NCBI GenBank assembly: GCA_043819555.1
Contig: JBDREQ010000025.1
Coordinates: forward strand, 92,503-156,502
From: Candidatus Zixiibacteriota bacterium
GTDB lineage: Bacteria > Zixibacteria > MSB-5A5 > GN15 > JAAZOE01
Length of the DNA: 64,000 nt
Reading direction: 5' to 3'
Positions 35,563 through 43,710 of the stretch are shown piece by piece. Each line of letters begins with the position of its first letter. Within the stretch, counting starts at the first letter, position 1. Position numbers and translations under genes: made by a program. Under the pieces are notes generated by a model. That model ran no database searches, was not told the DNA's origin, and saw only the letters and a list, made by a program, of their open reading frames with translations.

Positions 35563-36729
35563 TTGGATTTGGCTCAGCAAATCCAAACGACATTGCTCCC
35601 GGAAAATATCACCATAAATTGCATAGATGTTGCCTCGACCTATATCCCGGCACAAAAAGTTGGGGGAGACTATTACGATATTATGCCGGTCGGCAAAAAC
35701 AAAGTGCTCTTCATGCTGGGTGATGTTGCCAATAAGGGAGTTCCGGCCGCGCTGGTTATGGCTTCTGTTCATGCCATTATCCATGCCTATCTAAATCCCG
35801 GTCAGGACGTGCAGGTCACGAATATAATGTCTCAGTTAAATGATATTCTGTGCAATGATATTATCAAAGATCGCAGTATGTTTTTGACGATGTTCATGGG
35901 ATATATTGATCTGGATTCGGGAATTTTGGAATACTGCAATGGGGGCCACCCGCCGGCGTTTTATTACCAGTCATCAAATAAAGAATTCCTGCGCCTGAAA
36001 TCAATGGCGACTTTAGTCGGTCAATTCGCGGGATTGCCTTTCCGATCCTCCAAAATTAAAATTGGGCCGGGCGACCGGATTTTTATCTATTCGGATGGGT
36101 TGATTGAGGCGGAAAATAAGAGCGGTGTGCTGTATGGCTTGAATCGACTTGAGGAATTTTTCAAAGCCGGAATAGCTTTCGATATACAAAAATTCAATCA
36201 GGTTGTCAAAGAAGAAATTGATCATTATCGAATCGGCTCTCGGGAGGAATCAATGGATGATTTTACAACACTTGTTCTCGATATCAATCAGCCGGAAGAT
36301 CAAAAAATGAAATATAATTTTGCATATGTATCCAGTCTGGCCCAATTGGAAAAGTTATATAATGATATCGAGACTGTAATAAGTGATAACAATCTGAGCG
36401 CCAGAATTGCTAATACGCTCAAAGTAGTTATATCCGAAGCGTTTACAAACGCTGTAATTCATGCCCATAAAAACGACGAATCAAAGAAAATTCAAATCTC
36501 TATAACTCTAAATAAAACAAGTGTTTCTGCCGATATTTTAGATGAAGGCTCTTGCCATGGTTTGGAGGAGTTAAGAAATCATAAAATAAATTCTAATCCC
36601 ATGGCGGAAAATGGACGAGGGCTTGGAATAATAAGGGAATTAACTGATGAAGTTGAATTCTCAATGAGGCCTCAAGGGGGCCTCAGGATGAGAATTTTGC
36701 TGAATCTGGAACATGAAAATTTAAAATAA
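35563..36729 (+). CDS. PP2C/SpoIIE-type serine phosphatase fused to an RsbW/SpoIIAB-like HATPase (anti-sigma serine kinase) domain
   Basis: Phosphatase motifs are ..LAQQIQTTLLP.., ..VGGDYYD.., ..LGDVANKGVPAAL.., ..NGGHPP.., ..YSDGLIEA... Kinase motifs are N box ..EAFTNAVIHA.., ..DEGS.., and ..NGRGLGIIRELTDEVEF... The start is TTG 35563 or TTG 35569 (AGGA 7 nt upstream of the latter). Confidence 0.8.
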   Translation: MDLAQQIQTTLLPENITINCIDVASTYIPAQKVGGDYYDIMPVGKNKVLFMLGDVANKGVPAALVMASVHAIIHAYLNPGQDVQVTNIMSQLNDILCNDIIKDRSMFLTMFMGYIDLDSGILEYCNGGHPPAFYYQSSNKEFLRLKSMATLVGQFAGLPFRSSKIKIGPGDRIFIYSDGLIEAENKSGVLYGLNRLEEFFKAGIAFDIQKFNQVVKEEIDHYRIGSREESMDDFTTLVLDINQPEDQKMKYNFAYVSSLAQLEKLYNDIETVISDNNLSARIANTLKVVISEAFTNAVIHAHKNDESKKIQISITLNKTSVSADILDEGSCHGLEELRNHKINSNPMAENGRGLGIIRELTDEVEFSMRPQGGLRMRILLNLEHENLK

Positions 36730-36737
36730 ATATATGA

Positions 36738-37112
36738 ATGGAGAATGGAATGGAAATTATCATCAAAGCCAAAGATCATGTCCATGTGCTATCAATGTGC
36801 GGTAAACTTGATTTGGCCAATTCTGCCAAATTAAAGGAATCCGTGAAATCTCTTCTTGATAAAGAGCATAATTTGATACATCTGGACATGAAAGAGGTCG
36901 ATTTTATAAATAGTTCAGGATTGGGAGTTATGGTTTCGATAATGAAAAAGATCCGGGTTCAGAAAGGCCGCATGACTCTTTCAAATTTGGCGCCATATGT
37001 AAATGAGATATTCGAGATTACGCAACTTTCACATGTATTTGAAATATTCCCCACTGCTGAAGAAGCCATAACCAGCTATCAAACCGTCCGCACAAGCGTA
37101 CTGAATAATTAA
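36738..37112 (+). CDS. STAS-domain anti-sigma-factor antagonist (RsbV/SpoIIAA-like)
   Basis: ..HVLSMCGKLDLANSAKLKE..LDMKEVDFINSSGLGVMVS..ITQLSHVFEIF.. with the conserved phospho-Ser context (INSSG). The start could instead be ATG 36750. Confidence 0.85.
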   Translation: MENGMEIIIKAKDHVHVLSMCGKLDLANSAKLKESVKSLLDKEHNLIHLDMKEVDFINSSGLGVMVSIMKKIRVQKGRMTLSNLAPYVNEIFEITQLSHVFEIFPTAEEAITSYQTVRTSVLNN

Positions 37113-37211
37113 ACGAGGGAAATATCAGGCACTATATAGAAAATTTGGCAAAACATTTTAAGAATCTATTTTCCATAAAGGGAAGCAATTGAGATTTTAC
37201 GGGGTAAACAA

Positions 37212-37607
37212 ATGAATAAATATAGAATATTGGTTGTTGATGATGAGCTGCTAATTAGAGATTTACTTTATGATTTTTTTAGCTCTCAGGATTGGGATAT
37301 TATGGTTGCCGATGGCGGCAATAAGGCCATTGAGTATTTAAAAAATCAGGATTTTGATATTGTTTTAACCGATCTTAAAATGCCCGATATGGATGGTATG
37401 GCCCTGGCTGGACGCATAAGAGAATTATATCAGGGATTGCCGGTTATAATCATGACGGGTTATCCCTCTCTGGATACCGCCATAGAAGCGCTCCGGTATA
37501 AGATAGACGATTACATAATAAAACCATTTAATATAAATCAGCTTTTCAAGTCCGTGAAGCGAGTGGTTGAAGAATCAAACAGTGAAGTACAGGCGGGGGA
37601 AGCTTGA
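37212..37607 (+). CDS. Stand-alone CheY-like receiver protein
   Basis: ..ILVVDDE.., ..DIVLTDLKMPDMDG.., and ..IKPF... It has no output domain. Confidence 0.85.
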   Translation: MNKYRILVVDDELLIRDLLYDFFSSQDWDIMVADGGNKAIEYLKNQDFDIVLTDLKMPDMDGMALAGRIRELYQGLPVIIMTGYPSLDTAIEALRYKIDDYIIKPFNINQLFKSVKRVVEESNSEVQAGEA

Positions 37608-37771
37608 TATTTAATCTTTCTTTAAGCTCGTTGGAAATGTTCCAAAATGACTTCCTTATTATTGAGTGGTATCCGATTTAGTCTCACTTTTTTTAATCGA
37701 ATTTAAGCGGCCATAATTGCTATAACTTTTTTGTTGATTTCTCCTGTTGTATTGCGCTTGTTTTTGTCACT

Positions 37772-39049
37772 ATGGAAGGTGAAAAGTACAATGGGCAGAG
37801 TGTTCAAACAAGTGACGAACTGACGCAGTTCAGTGAGTCATTTGAAACATTTAATAAAATCATAAATAATTTACAAAGGCAATACCTAACACTGGAAAAG
37901 GAATATAGCGGTCAAAGCCATGAGCTCGAAAAGATAAACTATCGTCTCAGAGAGACCATTGCCGAGAATCGATCAGTAACGGTATTTTTGAATTCTATTC
38001 TCACCTCCTTGACTTCCGGCGTTTTGGTTGTGGATAAATCGGGCACGATTTCACATTTTAATCCGGCTGCCGAAAAGATAGTCGGTATTACGGCCAGCAC
38101 CGCACTAGGGAAAAAATATAATGAAGTGATTTCATGCTCTATGGGAGCCCGGTTTTCCGCTTGCGAAACGGTCATGACCGGCATTGAATTCGAGGCTGAA
38201 GGGAAAATAATTCGTAATAATGAGGGTAATGACATTCCGGTTTCCGTATCAACGTCCCTGCTTGATGATGGTAATGACGATACGTATGGAGCGGTTGAAA
38301 TACTTTTTGATCTGACCAAAATCAAAAAGTTGGAAGCGGAAGTAAACCGCGTCAAAACTCTGGCGGCTCTGGGCGAAATGGCCGCGACAGTGGCGCATGA
38401 AGTTCGTAATCCGCTGGGTGGAATAGGCGGTTTCGCGGCGCTGCTAAAACGGGAATTGGGCGATGATACCGCCAAAATGGATCTGGTCGATAAAATAATC
38501 TCGGGGGTGGATGCATTGAACAAGACTGTCATTGCTCTGCTGGATTACACTCGCCAGGATCAATTGAATTTGCGGGAGGTTTCGCTTTGTACTCTTATCG
38601 AAGACAGCGTCGAATATGAACTGGCCCAGGATGATGTAAAAGAAATTTCTATTGAGATTGATATTGAAAATGAAAAACGAAATATGACGGTTATTTGCGA
38701 TCCGCATTTGATGAGGCAGGTACTTTTAAATCTGTATCGAAATAGTCGAGAAGCAATGAACGGAACCGGACGGATTACTATCAGAGCCGGGAAAGATAAT
38801 AGTATAAACGGTGACTCAAATAATGAAAACGAGGTATGGATCGAGATTGAGGATAATGGTCCGGGAATTCCCGCCAATCTGAGTGATAAGATATTCCAGC
38901 CTTTTTTTACGACCAAATCAAGTCAGAATGGCTCAGGTTTGGGATTGGCAACTGTTTGGAAAACTATTCAGGCGCATGGCGGCGATATAAGCGTTAAATC
39001 GGAAGAAGGCAGGGGATCAAATTTTAAAATTATCCTGCCTTCCGGTTGA
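37772..39049 (+). CDS. Cytoplasmic PAS sensor histidine kinase (FlgS/FlrB-like by context)
   Basis: No TM segment. It has an N-terminal coiled coil, a PAS segment (..GVLVVDKSGTISHFNPAAEKIVG..), H-box TVAHEVRNPLGG, and N/G boxes ..LLNLYRNSREA.., DNGPGIP, GSGLGLATV. Confidence 0.85.
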   Translation: MEGEKYNGQSVQTSDELTQFSESFETFNKIINNLQRQYLTLEKEYSGQSHELEKINYRLRETIAENRSVTVFLNSILTSLTSGVLVVDKSGTISHFNPAAEKIVGITASTALGKKYNEVISCSMGARFSACETVMTGIEFEAEGKIIRNNEGNDIPVSVSTSLLDDGNDDTYGAVEILFDLTKIKKLEAEVNRVKTLAALGEMAATVAHEVRNPLGGIGGFAALLKRELGDDTAKMDLVDKIISGVDALNKTVIALLDYTRQDQLNLREVSLCTLIEDSVEYELAQDDVKEISIEIDIENEKRNMTVICDPHLMRQVLLNLYRNSREAMNGTGRITIRAGKDNSINGDSNNENEVWIEIEDNGPGIPANLSDKIFQPFFTTKSSQNGSGLGLATVWKTIQAHGGDISVKSEEGRGSNFKIILPSG

Positions 39050-39083
39050 AGAAATTTGCGAGTCTGGCAAAGGACGAGGAAAA

Positions 39084-40442
39084 ATGAAATTAAGCATTCT
39101 GGTCGTGGATGATGATAAGCTTGTAAATGAGTTTATCGGTGAGACCCTCCGCCGCGTTCGGCACACGGTGACAACGGCGTTTTCAGGTGAGGAAGCCAAA
39201 ACAATATTGGAATCGCAATCGTTTGATTTGGTGATAAGCGATATCAAAATGCACAAGATGTCCGGAATGGATTTGTTGAAATTAATCAGGGAAAAATATC
39301 CGGATACGGTTGTGATTTTGATGACTGCTTATGGCACTGTTCAAAACGCGGTTGAAGCCATGAAAATCGGCGCTTTTGATTATCTCGTTAAGCCATTTTC
39401 TCCCGATGAGGTTGAGATGGTGGTTAGCAAAGCGCACGAATTTATGGTGATGCGTTCGGAAAACATGCTTCTCAGGGCGGAAGTGAATGAAAAATATCGA
39501 ACATTGATAGGCGCCTCAAAAAAGATGACCGAGATTTTTCAGTTAATTAAGGATGTCGCCCCGAGCCGTTCGACGGTCTTAATAAGCGGCGAATCCGGTA
39601 CCGGGAAAGAACTAATCGCTCGGGCGCTCCATCTGTATTCTGATCGGGCCGAGAGACAATTTATAAAACTGAATTGCGCCGCTCTTCCTGACGGGCTTAT
39701 GGAATCGGAATTATTCGGTCATGAAAAAGGCGCTTTTACCGGGGCAGACAGGCAGACTCGGGGTAGATTCGAACTGGCCGATGGCGGAACTTTACTTCTC
39801 GACGAAGTTTCCGAAATCCCGATCAAACTTCAAGGGAAGTTATTGCGAGTTTTGCAGGAACGGGAGTTCGAGCGGGTCGGCTCGGGAGAATCAATGCAGG
39901 TTGACGTCAGAATTATCGCGACGACCAACCGCAATTTGAAAAAAGAAATAGCCGATGGGAATTTCAGGGAAGACTTATACTATCGATTGCATGTAATTCC
40001 TATTGAAGTTCCTCCACTTCATGAGCGCCTGGAGGATATCCCGCCTCTGGTTGGTCATTTCCTGAATAAGTTTTGCGAAGAAACCGGAAAAGAAAAGAAA
40101 TCGCTTGATGAATCGGCAATGCGGCTCTTTATGAAATATCACTGGCCCGGAAATGTTCGCGAATTGGAGAATTTTATTGAACGCGCCGTAGTTATTTCAC
40201 AGGAAAAATCTCTATCGGCCAAAGATTTCCCTTCATCTTTGGTTTTAGGCAAAATCGAAGACAAAGGGGGGAATTTTAGAGTGGGCATGACGGTTCATGA
40301 GGCCGAGAAACTGCTAATTCTGAAAACGCTTGAAGAACAGGATGGCAATCGAACCCGCGCAGCGGAAATATTGGGAATCAATCCCCGAACCCTGCGTAAT
40401 AAACTGCATGAGTATGGAATGGTTGATACTTCAGTTGATTAA
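39084..40442 (+). CDS. Sigma-54-dependent response regulator (NtrC family; FlgR/FlrC-like by context)
   Basis: Receiver (..LVISDIKMHKMSG..), AAA+ domain with Walker A GESGTGKEL and the sigma-54 contact loop GAFTGA, and a C-terminal Fis-type HTH (..GNRTRAAEILGINPRTLRNKL..). Confidence 0.9.
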   Translation: MKLSILVVDDDKLVNEFIGETLRRVRHTVTTAFSGEEAKTILESQSFDLVISDIKMHKMSGMDLLKLIREKYPDTVVILMTAYGTVQNAVEAMKIGAFDYLVKPFSPDEVEMVVSKAHEFMVMRSENMLLRAEVNEKYRTLIGASKKMTEIFQLIKDVAPSRSTVLISGESGTGKELIARALHLYSDRAERQFIKLNCAALPDGLMESELFGHEKGAFTGADRQTRGRFELADGGTLLLDEVSEIPIKLQGKLLRVLQEREFERVGSGESMQVDVRIIATTNRNLKKEIADGNFREDLYYRLHVIPIEVPPLHERLEDIPPLVGHFLNKFCEETGKEKKSLDESAMRLFMKYHWPGNVRELENFIERAVVISQEKSLSAKDFPSSLVLGKIEDKGGNFRVGMTVHEAEKLLILKTLEEQDGNRTRAAEILGINPRTLRNKLHEYGMVDTSVD

Positions 40443-40478
40443 TTAAAATAGCTCTGAAACAGGGTGAAAATTACCACC

Positions 40479-40510
40479 AGACCATCTCGACCGAGATGGT
40501 CTTTCTTTAT
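40479..40510 (+). terminator. Rho-independent terminator after the regulator operon
   Basis: 10-11 bp stem AGACCATCTC(G) / (C)GAGATGGTCT followed by a T-rich tract. Confidence 0.7.
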
Positions 40511-40525
40511 GAGTTTTAAAGGTGT

Positions 40526-40549
40526 TAAAAACGGGAGTTTTGCCGATAT
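40526..40549 (+). promoter_or_regulatory. Possible sigma-28 (FliA/SigD-type) promoter for motAB; only the -10 element is convincing
   Basis: GCCGATAT at 40542..40549 lies 41 nt upstream of the motA ATG. The nearest TAAA boxes sit 12 or 21 nt upstream rather than the canonical 15. Confidence 0.3.
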
Positions 40550-40589
40550 CCTGAATGATTACTGATTCGTATCAGATTAGAAAAAGGTT

Positions 40590-41483
40590 ATGGCAAGAAA
40601 AAAATTCTACATCGACTTAGCTACTTTCGGCGGGCTGGTGATCGGCGTTGGCGCCATTCTTGTGGCGTATTTTATAGATGGTGGGCGTTTGCAGGCCATA
40701 ACCCAGGCTGCCCCGATGCTATTGGTTATTGGCGGGACATTCGGCGCGGCGATGATTACCACTTCGTTTAATATTGTAAAAAAATTGCCGACCCTTTTGA
40801 AAATCGCGTTTTTCAGGAAAAGCCCTGATTCCCGGAAAACTATCGATTTGATAACGAAGATGGCCGAAAAGGCCAGGCGCGAAGGGGTTTTGGGACTTGA
40901 ACGGGATTTGCCTGATATTGAAGATGGGTTTTTTAAAAAGGCAATTCAATTAGTTATCGACGGAACCGAAGCGACGACTCTGCGCCAGATATTACATACC
41001 GAAGTCAATTATATGTTTGAACGCCATCGTGTCGGGATTGGCCTTTTTAAGGCATTAGGCGGTTTTTCACCGACGATGGGAATTATCGGGACCGTTCTGG
41101 GTTTGATTCATACTTTATCAAATACCTCCGACGCCGGTAAGATGGCCATTGCAATTGCAGGGGCATTTATCGCGACTCTGTGGGGTATTGCCATGGCCAA
41201 TATCATTTATCTCCCCATAGGTGACAAACTGCGTTTTCGGCATGATGAAGAATCGAGCAATATGGAGCTTATCATCGAAGGCGTCATCGCCATTCAATCG
41301 GGCGATAATCCCCGAATCATTAGGACTCGGTTGATGTCATTTATCACCCCTGAATTGCGCACTGAAAAATCGATTGAAGAAACTCGTCAGGCTGCTCAAC
41401 AAAAATCAAAAATGGCTGAAGAACTGATAGATATGAATCTGCGGCGCAAAAAATTTGAATCCCTGCTGAGAGTGGATAAGTAA
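40590..41483 (+). CDS. motA: Flagellar stator protein MotA
   Basis: 297 aa with 4 TM helices and the MotA/TolQ/ExbB channel signature (..GFSPTMGIIGTVLGLI..AGAFIATLWGIAMANIIYLP..). Confidence 0.9.
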   Translation: MARKKFYIDLATFGGLVIGVGAILVAYFIDGGRLQAITQAAPMLLVIGGTFGAAMITTSFNIVKKLPTLLKIAFFRKSPDSRKTIDLITKMAEKARREGVLGLERDLPDIEDGFFKKAIQLVIDGTEATTLRQILHTEVNYMFERHRVGIGLFKALGGFSPTMGIIGTVLGLIHTLSNTSDAGKMAIAIAGAFIATLWGIAMANIIYLPIGDKLRFRHDEESSNMELIIEGVIAIQSGDNPRIIRTRLMSFITPELRTEKSIEETRQAAQQKSKMAEELIDMNLRRKKFESLLRVDK

Positions 41484-42304
41484 TGTTTATTCATCGCCGC
41501 AGATCAGATATTCCCCAGGATAATCCCGATCGCTGGTTGCTCACTTATGCCGATCTTATAACCCTGCTTCTGGCCTTCTTTATCGTTATGTATTCCATGT
41601 CGCGCATCGATGCCAAGAAGTTTGGAAAAGTTTCGCAAGCCTTGCATGGTATTTTAACGGGAGGGCCATCGATTTTATTATCTCCCGAAGTTAATAATTC
41701 CTTTACCGGACATGGTCTTCTCAAAGTCGGCAGTTTGAAAATGCTGCAGACCAAAATAAATGGCGAACTGATTAAGTCAGGACGAGTCGGAGATATTGTC
41801 ACTGAGATTGATGAACGGGGCCTGACAATTCATATTATGGAATACGTCATGTTTGATGAAGCCGAAGCTGTGCTCAAACCGCGTGCGCAGGCACTGTTGG
41901 ATTTTGTTGCGGCCGATATTCTGGAAATGCCCAATCATGTCAGGGTGGAGGGGCACACCGATAACAGCCCCATTCAGACTCCATCATTTCCATCCAATTG
42001 GGAATTATCTACTGCGCGCGCCACACAGGTTGTCAGATATCTAATTGATAAGCATGGCTATCCGGCTGAAAAAATTTCGGCGGCAGGTTTTGCCTCATAT
42101 CATCCTTTTTTGCCAAATACTACTCTTGAAAATAAAGCAAAAAATCGCAGAGTTGACATCGTCGTACAAACAATGGAGTTATCTATTGCTGAATCTCCAT
42201 CAAAGCTTGAACAGTTTACCAAAGATCAATTGAAGGCCATGAGCGAAATATCAACGGAAATAGATTCCTCACAGGACTGGAATAATTTTCCAGATAATCA
42301 GTAA
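41483..42304 (+). CDS. motB: Flagellar stator protein MotB (OmpA-like peptidoglycan-binding domain)
   Basis: ..WLLTYADLITLLLAFFIVM.. (conserved Asp at the TM helix) and a C-terminal OmpA fold (..VEGHTDNSPI..SNWELSTARA..NRRVDIV..). TAATG overlap with motA. Confidence 0.9.
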   Translation: MFIHRRRSDIPQDNPDRWLLTYADLITLLLAFFIVMYSMSRIDAKKFGKVSQALHGILTGGPSILLSPEVNNSFTGHGLLKVGSLKMLQTKINGELIKSGRVGDIVTEIDERGLTIHIMEYVMFDEAEAVLKPRAQALLDFVAADILEMPNHVRVEGHTDNSPIQTPSFPSNWELSTARATQVVRYLIDKHGYPAEKISAAGFASYHPFLPNTTLENKAKNRRVDIVVQTMELSIAESPSKLEQFTKDQLKAMSEISTEIDSSQDWNNFPDNQ

Positions 42305-42380
42305 ATCATTCTAATACAAAAATTCTCCATAAAGCCATAACTTCTTATTCGTCAACAAGATGTTGTTTGAGTTTTTGCTT

Positions 42381-42396
42381 TGGCATTAGCCTTGCT
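42381..42396 (+). promoter_or_regulatory. Sigma-54 (-24/-12) promoter upstream of flgB
   Basis: TGGCAT-TAGCC-TTGCT fits TGGCAC-N5-TTGCW exactly in GG-N10-GC spacing. It sits 23 nt upstream of the flgB ATG (42419). Confidence 0.65.
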
Positions 42397-42418
42397 TTTC
42401 GGTTTGTCGGAGATAACT

Positions 42419-42832
42419 ATGGCTGATTTTGTAAAAGTGGCAATATGGCAAAAAACCGGAGTGGATAAGCTCGGTAAATTTCTCGATATGGCGGCTCAAC
42501 GGCATAAGTTGATTGCTGCCAATCTTGCCAATACGACCACTCCCGGATATGCAGCCAAAGACATTGATTTTAAGGCCGAAATGAGCAAAGCCCTCGGGAA
42601 TGGTCCGGTTTTGGCAATGAAATCAACAAATCCGGGACATATTTCCAATTCGGGTCCAGACAGCGAAGTTAAAATTTTGAAGCATGGTCCGGAATCCGAT
42701 GATGATTTGAACGGCGTCGATGTTGATCGCGAAGTCACCAATCTGGCGGTCAATCAAATGCGTTATTCAATCGGTTCCAAGATATTGCAGGGGAAAGTCC
42801 AGTTTTTAAAGAAAGCCATTAGAGGCAGTTAA
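42419..42832 (+). CDS. flgB: Flagellar proximal rod protein FlgB
   Basis: ..RHKLIAANLANTTTPGYAAKDIDF.. and C-terminal ..EVTNLAVNQMRYS... I chose ATG 42419 because the longer TTG 42380 start lies inside the sigma-54 promoter. Confidence 0.85.
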   Translation: MADFVKVAIWQKTGVDKLGKFLDMAAQRHKLIAANLANTTTPGYAAKDIDFKAEMSKALGNGPVLAMKSTNPGHISNSGPDSEVKILKHGPESDDDLNGVDVDREVTNLAVNQMRYSIGSKILQGKVQFLKKAIRGS

Positions 42833-42846
42833 TAAAGGATTCGAAG

Positions 42847-43341
42847 ATGGATGGTATATTTTCAGCAATAGAAATCTCTGGGAAAGGGATGTCGGTACAG
42901 CGGCGCAAGATGAATGTCGTTTCCGAAAATATCGCTAATGCCGAAACAACTCGGACCGAAAACGGCGGGCCGTATCGACGCAAAAGATTGGAAATTACCG
43001 CCGAGTCGGAAAAGATACCATTCAAGACAATCTTACAAAAAAGTCAAAATAGCCTGATACGAACCCACAGTTCTCATATTGAGGCGCCTGCCATTACCAG
43101 CAAGTTTTATGGCAATGTTGAAGTAGCCAATGGCAAAGAAGTGAGCGAAGGACAGGATTCCTTTAAGTTGGTTTATGATCCCGGACATCCTGATGCGGAT
43201 GAAGAAGGTTATGTCAGAATGCCTGATATTGAAATTATAAATGAGATGGTCGATATGATCGCGGCCAATCGTTCTTACGAGGCCAATGCGATGGCCGTAT
43301 CGGCGTCAAAAGAGATGGCCAAAAATGCGTTGGATATTTAA
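42847..43341 (+). CDS. flgC: Flagellar proximal rod protein FlgC
   Basis: ..ISGKGMSVQRRKMNVVSENIANAETTRTENGGPYRRK.. and C-terminal ..EMVDMIAANRSYEANA... Confidence 0.9.
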   Translation: MDGIFSAIEISGKGMSVQRRKMNVVSENIANAETTRTENGGPYRRKRLEITAESEKIPFKTILQKSQNSLIRTHSSHIEAPAITSKFYGNVEVANGKEVSEGQDSFKLVYDPGHPDADEEGYVRMPDIEIINEMVDMIAANRSYEANAMAVSASKEMAKNALDI

Positions 43342-43371
43342 GGTTACGCATAGTGGAGAGGATAACAGATA

Positions 43372-43710
43372 GTGGAGATTAATACTAACCCGATTGAAGC
43401 TTATCGCCAGGCTGGGGGCCAACCAGCAAAAAAAAACCAGGTCGGTTCACGGGATAAGTTTGATTTACAAAAGGCTCAGGAAACCGAAAAGATTATTCTT
43501 ACCGGCCAGACAACCGGAGAAACCGGGGCGATTCATGTTGGAGGTTCGTCTTCAATTCTCAGTAATATTTTGACCGCCGATGAAAACGAGGCGTTGACAA
43601 TTAGTTTTGCCCGATTTGGGGATTCAGTTGAATCTACTCAAATATACGGACGCAACGCTCGCACACAGGGAAGCGGCATCACCGGTCAGAAAGTGGATTT
43701 AACGGGATGA
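43372..43710 (+). CDS. Hypothetical protein between flgC and fliE (orphan; GTG start)
   Basis: 112-aa ORF tightly packed in the operon, with a 4-nt overlap with fliE. GGAGAGG lies about 14 nt upstream of the GTG. I recognised no family. It contains an A9 tract at 43428..43436. Confidence 0.45.
   Translation: MEINTNPIEAYRQAGGQPAKKNQVGSRDKFDLQKAQETEKIILTGQTTGETGAIHVGGSSSILSNILTADENEALTISFARFGDSVESTQIYGRNARTQGSGITGQKVDLTG

Noticed and set aside
37939-38532. A 197-aa minus-strand ORF. The same applies to 26983..27513, 58929..59459, 56909..57385 and 25654..26085.
   Set aside because: All lie antisense within strongly supported genes (histidine kinase, glyA, flgL, flgK, ilvE). All have Ser/Arg/Pro-rich low-information translations. 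I regard them as frame shadows, not overlapping genes.
42104-42144. An inverted repeat TTTTTTGC...GCAAAAAA inside the 3' end of motB, considered as a possible activator site for the flgB sigma-54 promoter.
   Set aside because: The arms are low-complexity homopolymer-based sequence with a 25-nt spacer, and they lie within coding sequence. They do not resemble the flgF upstream repeat beyond the TTTTTGC word.
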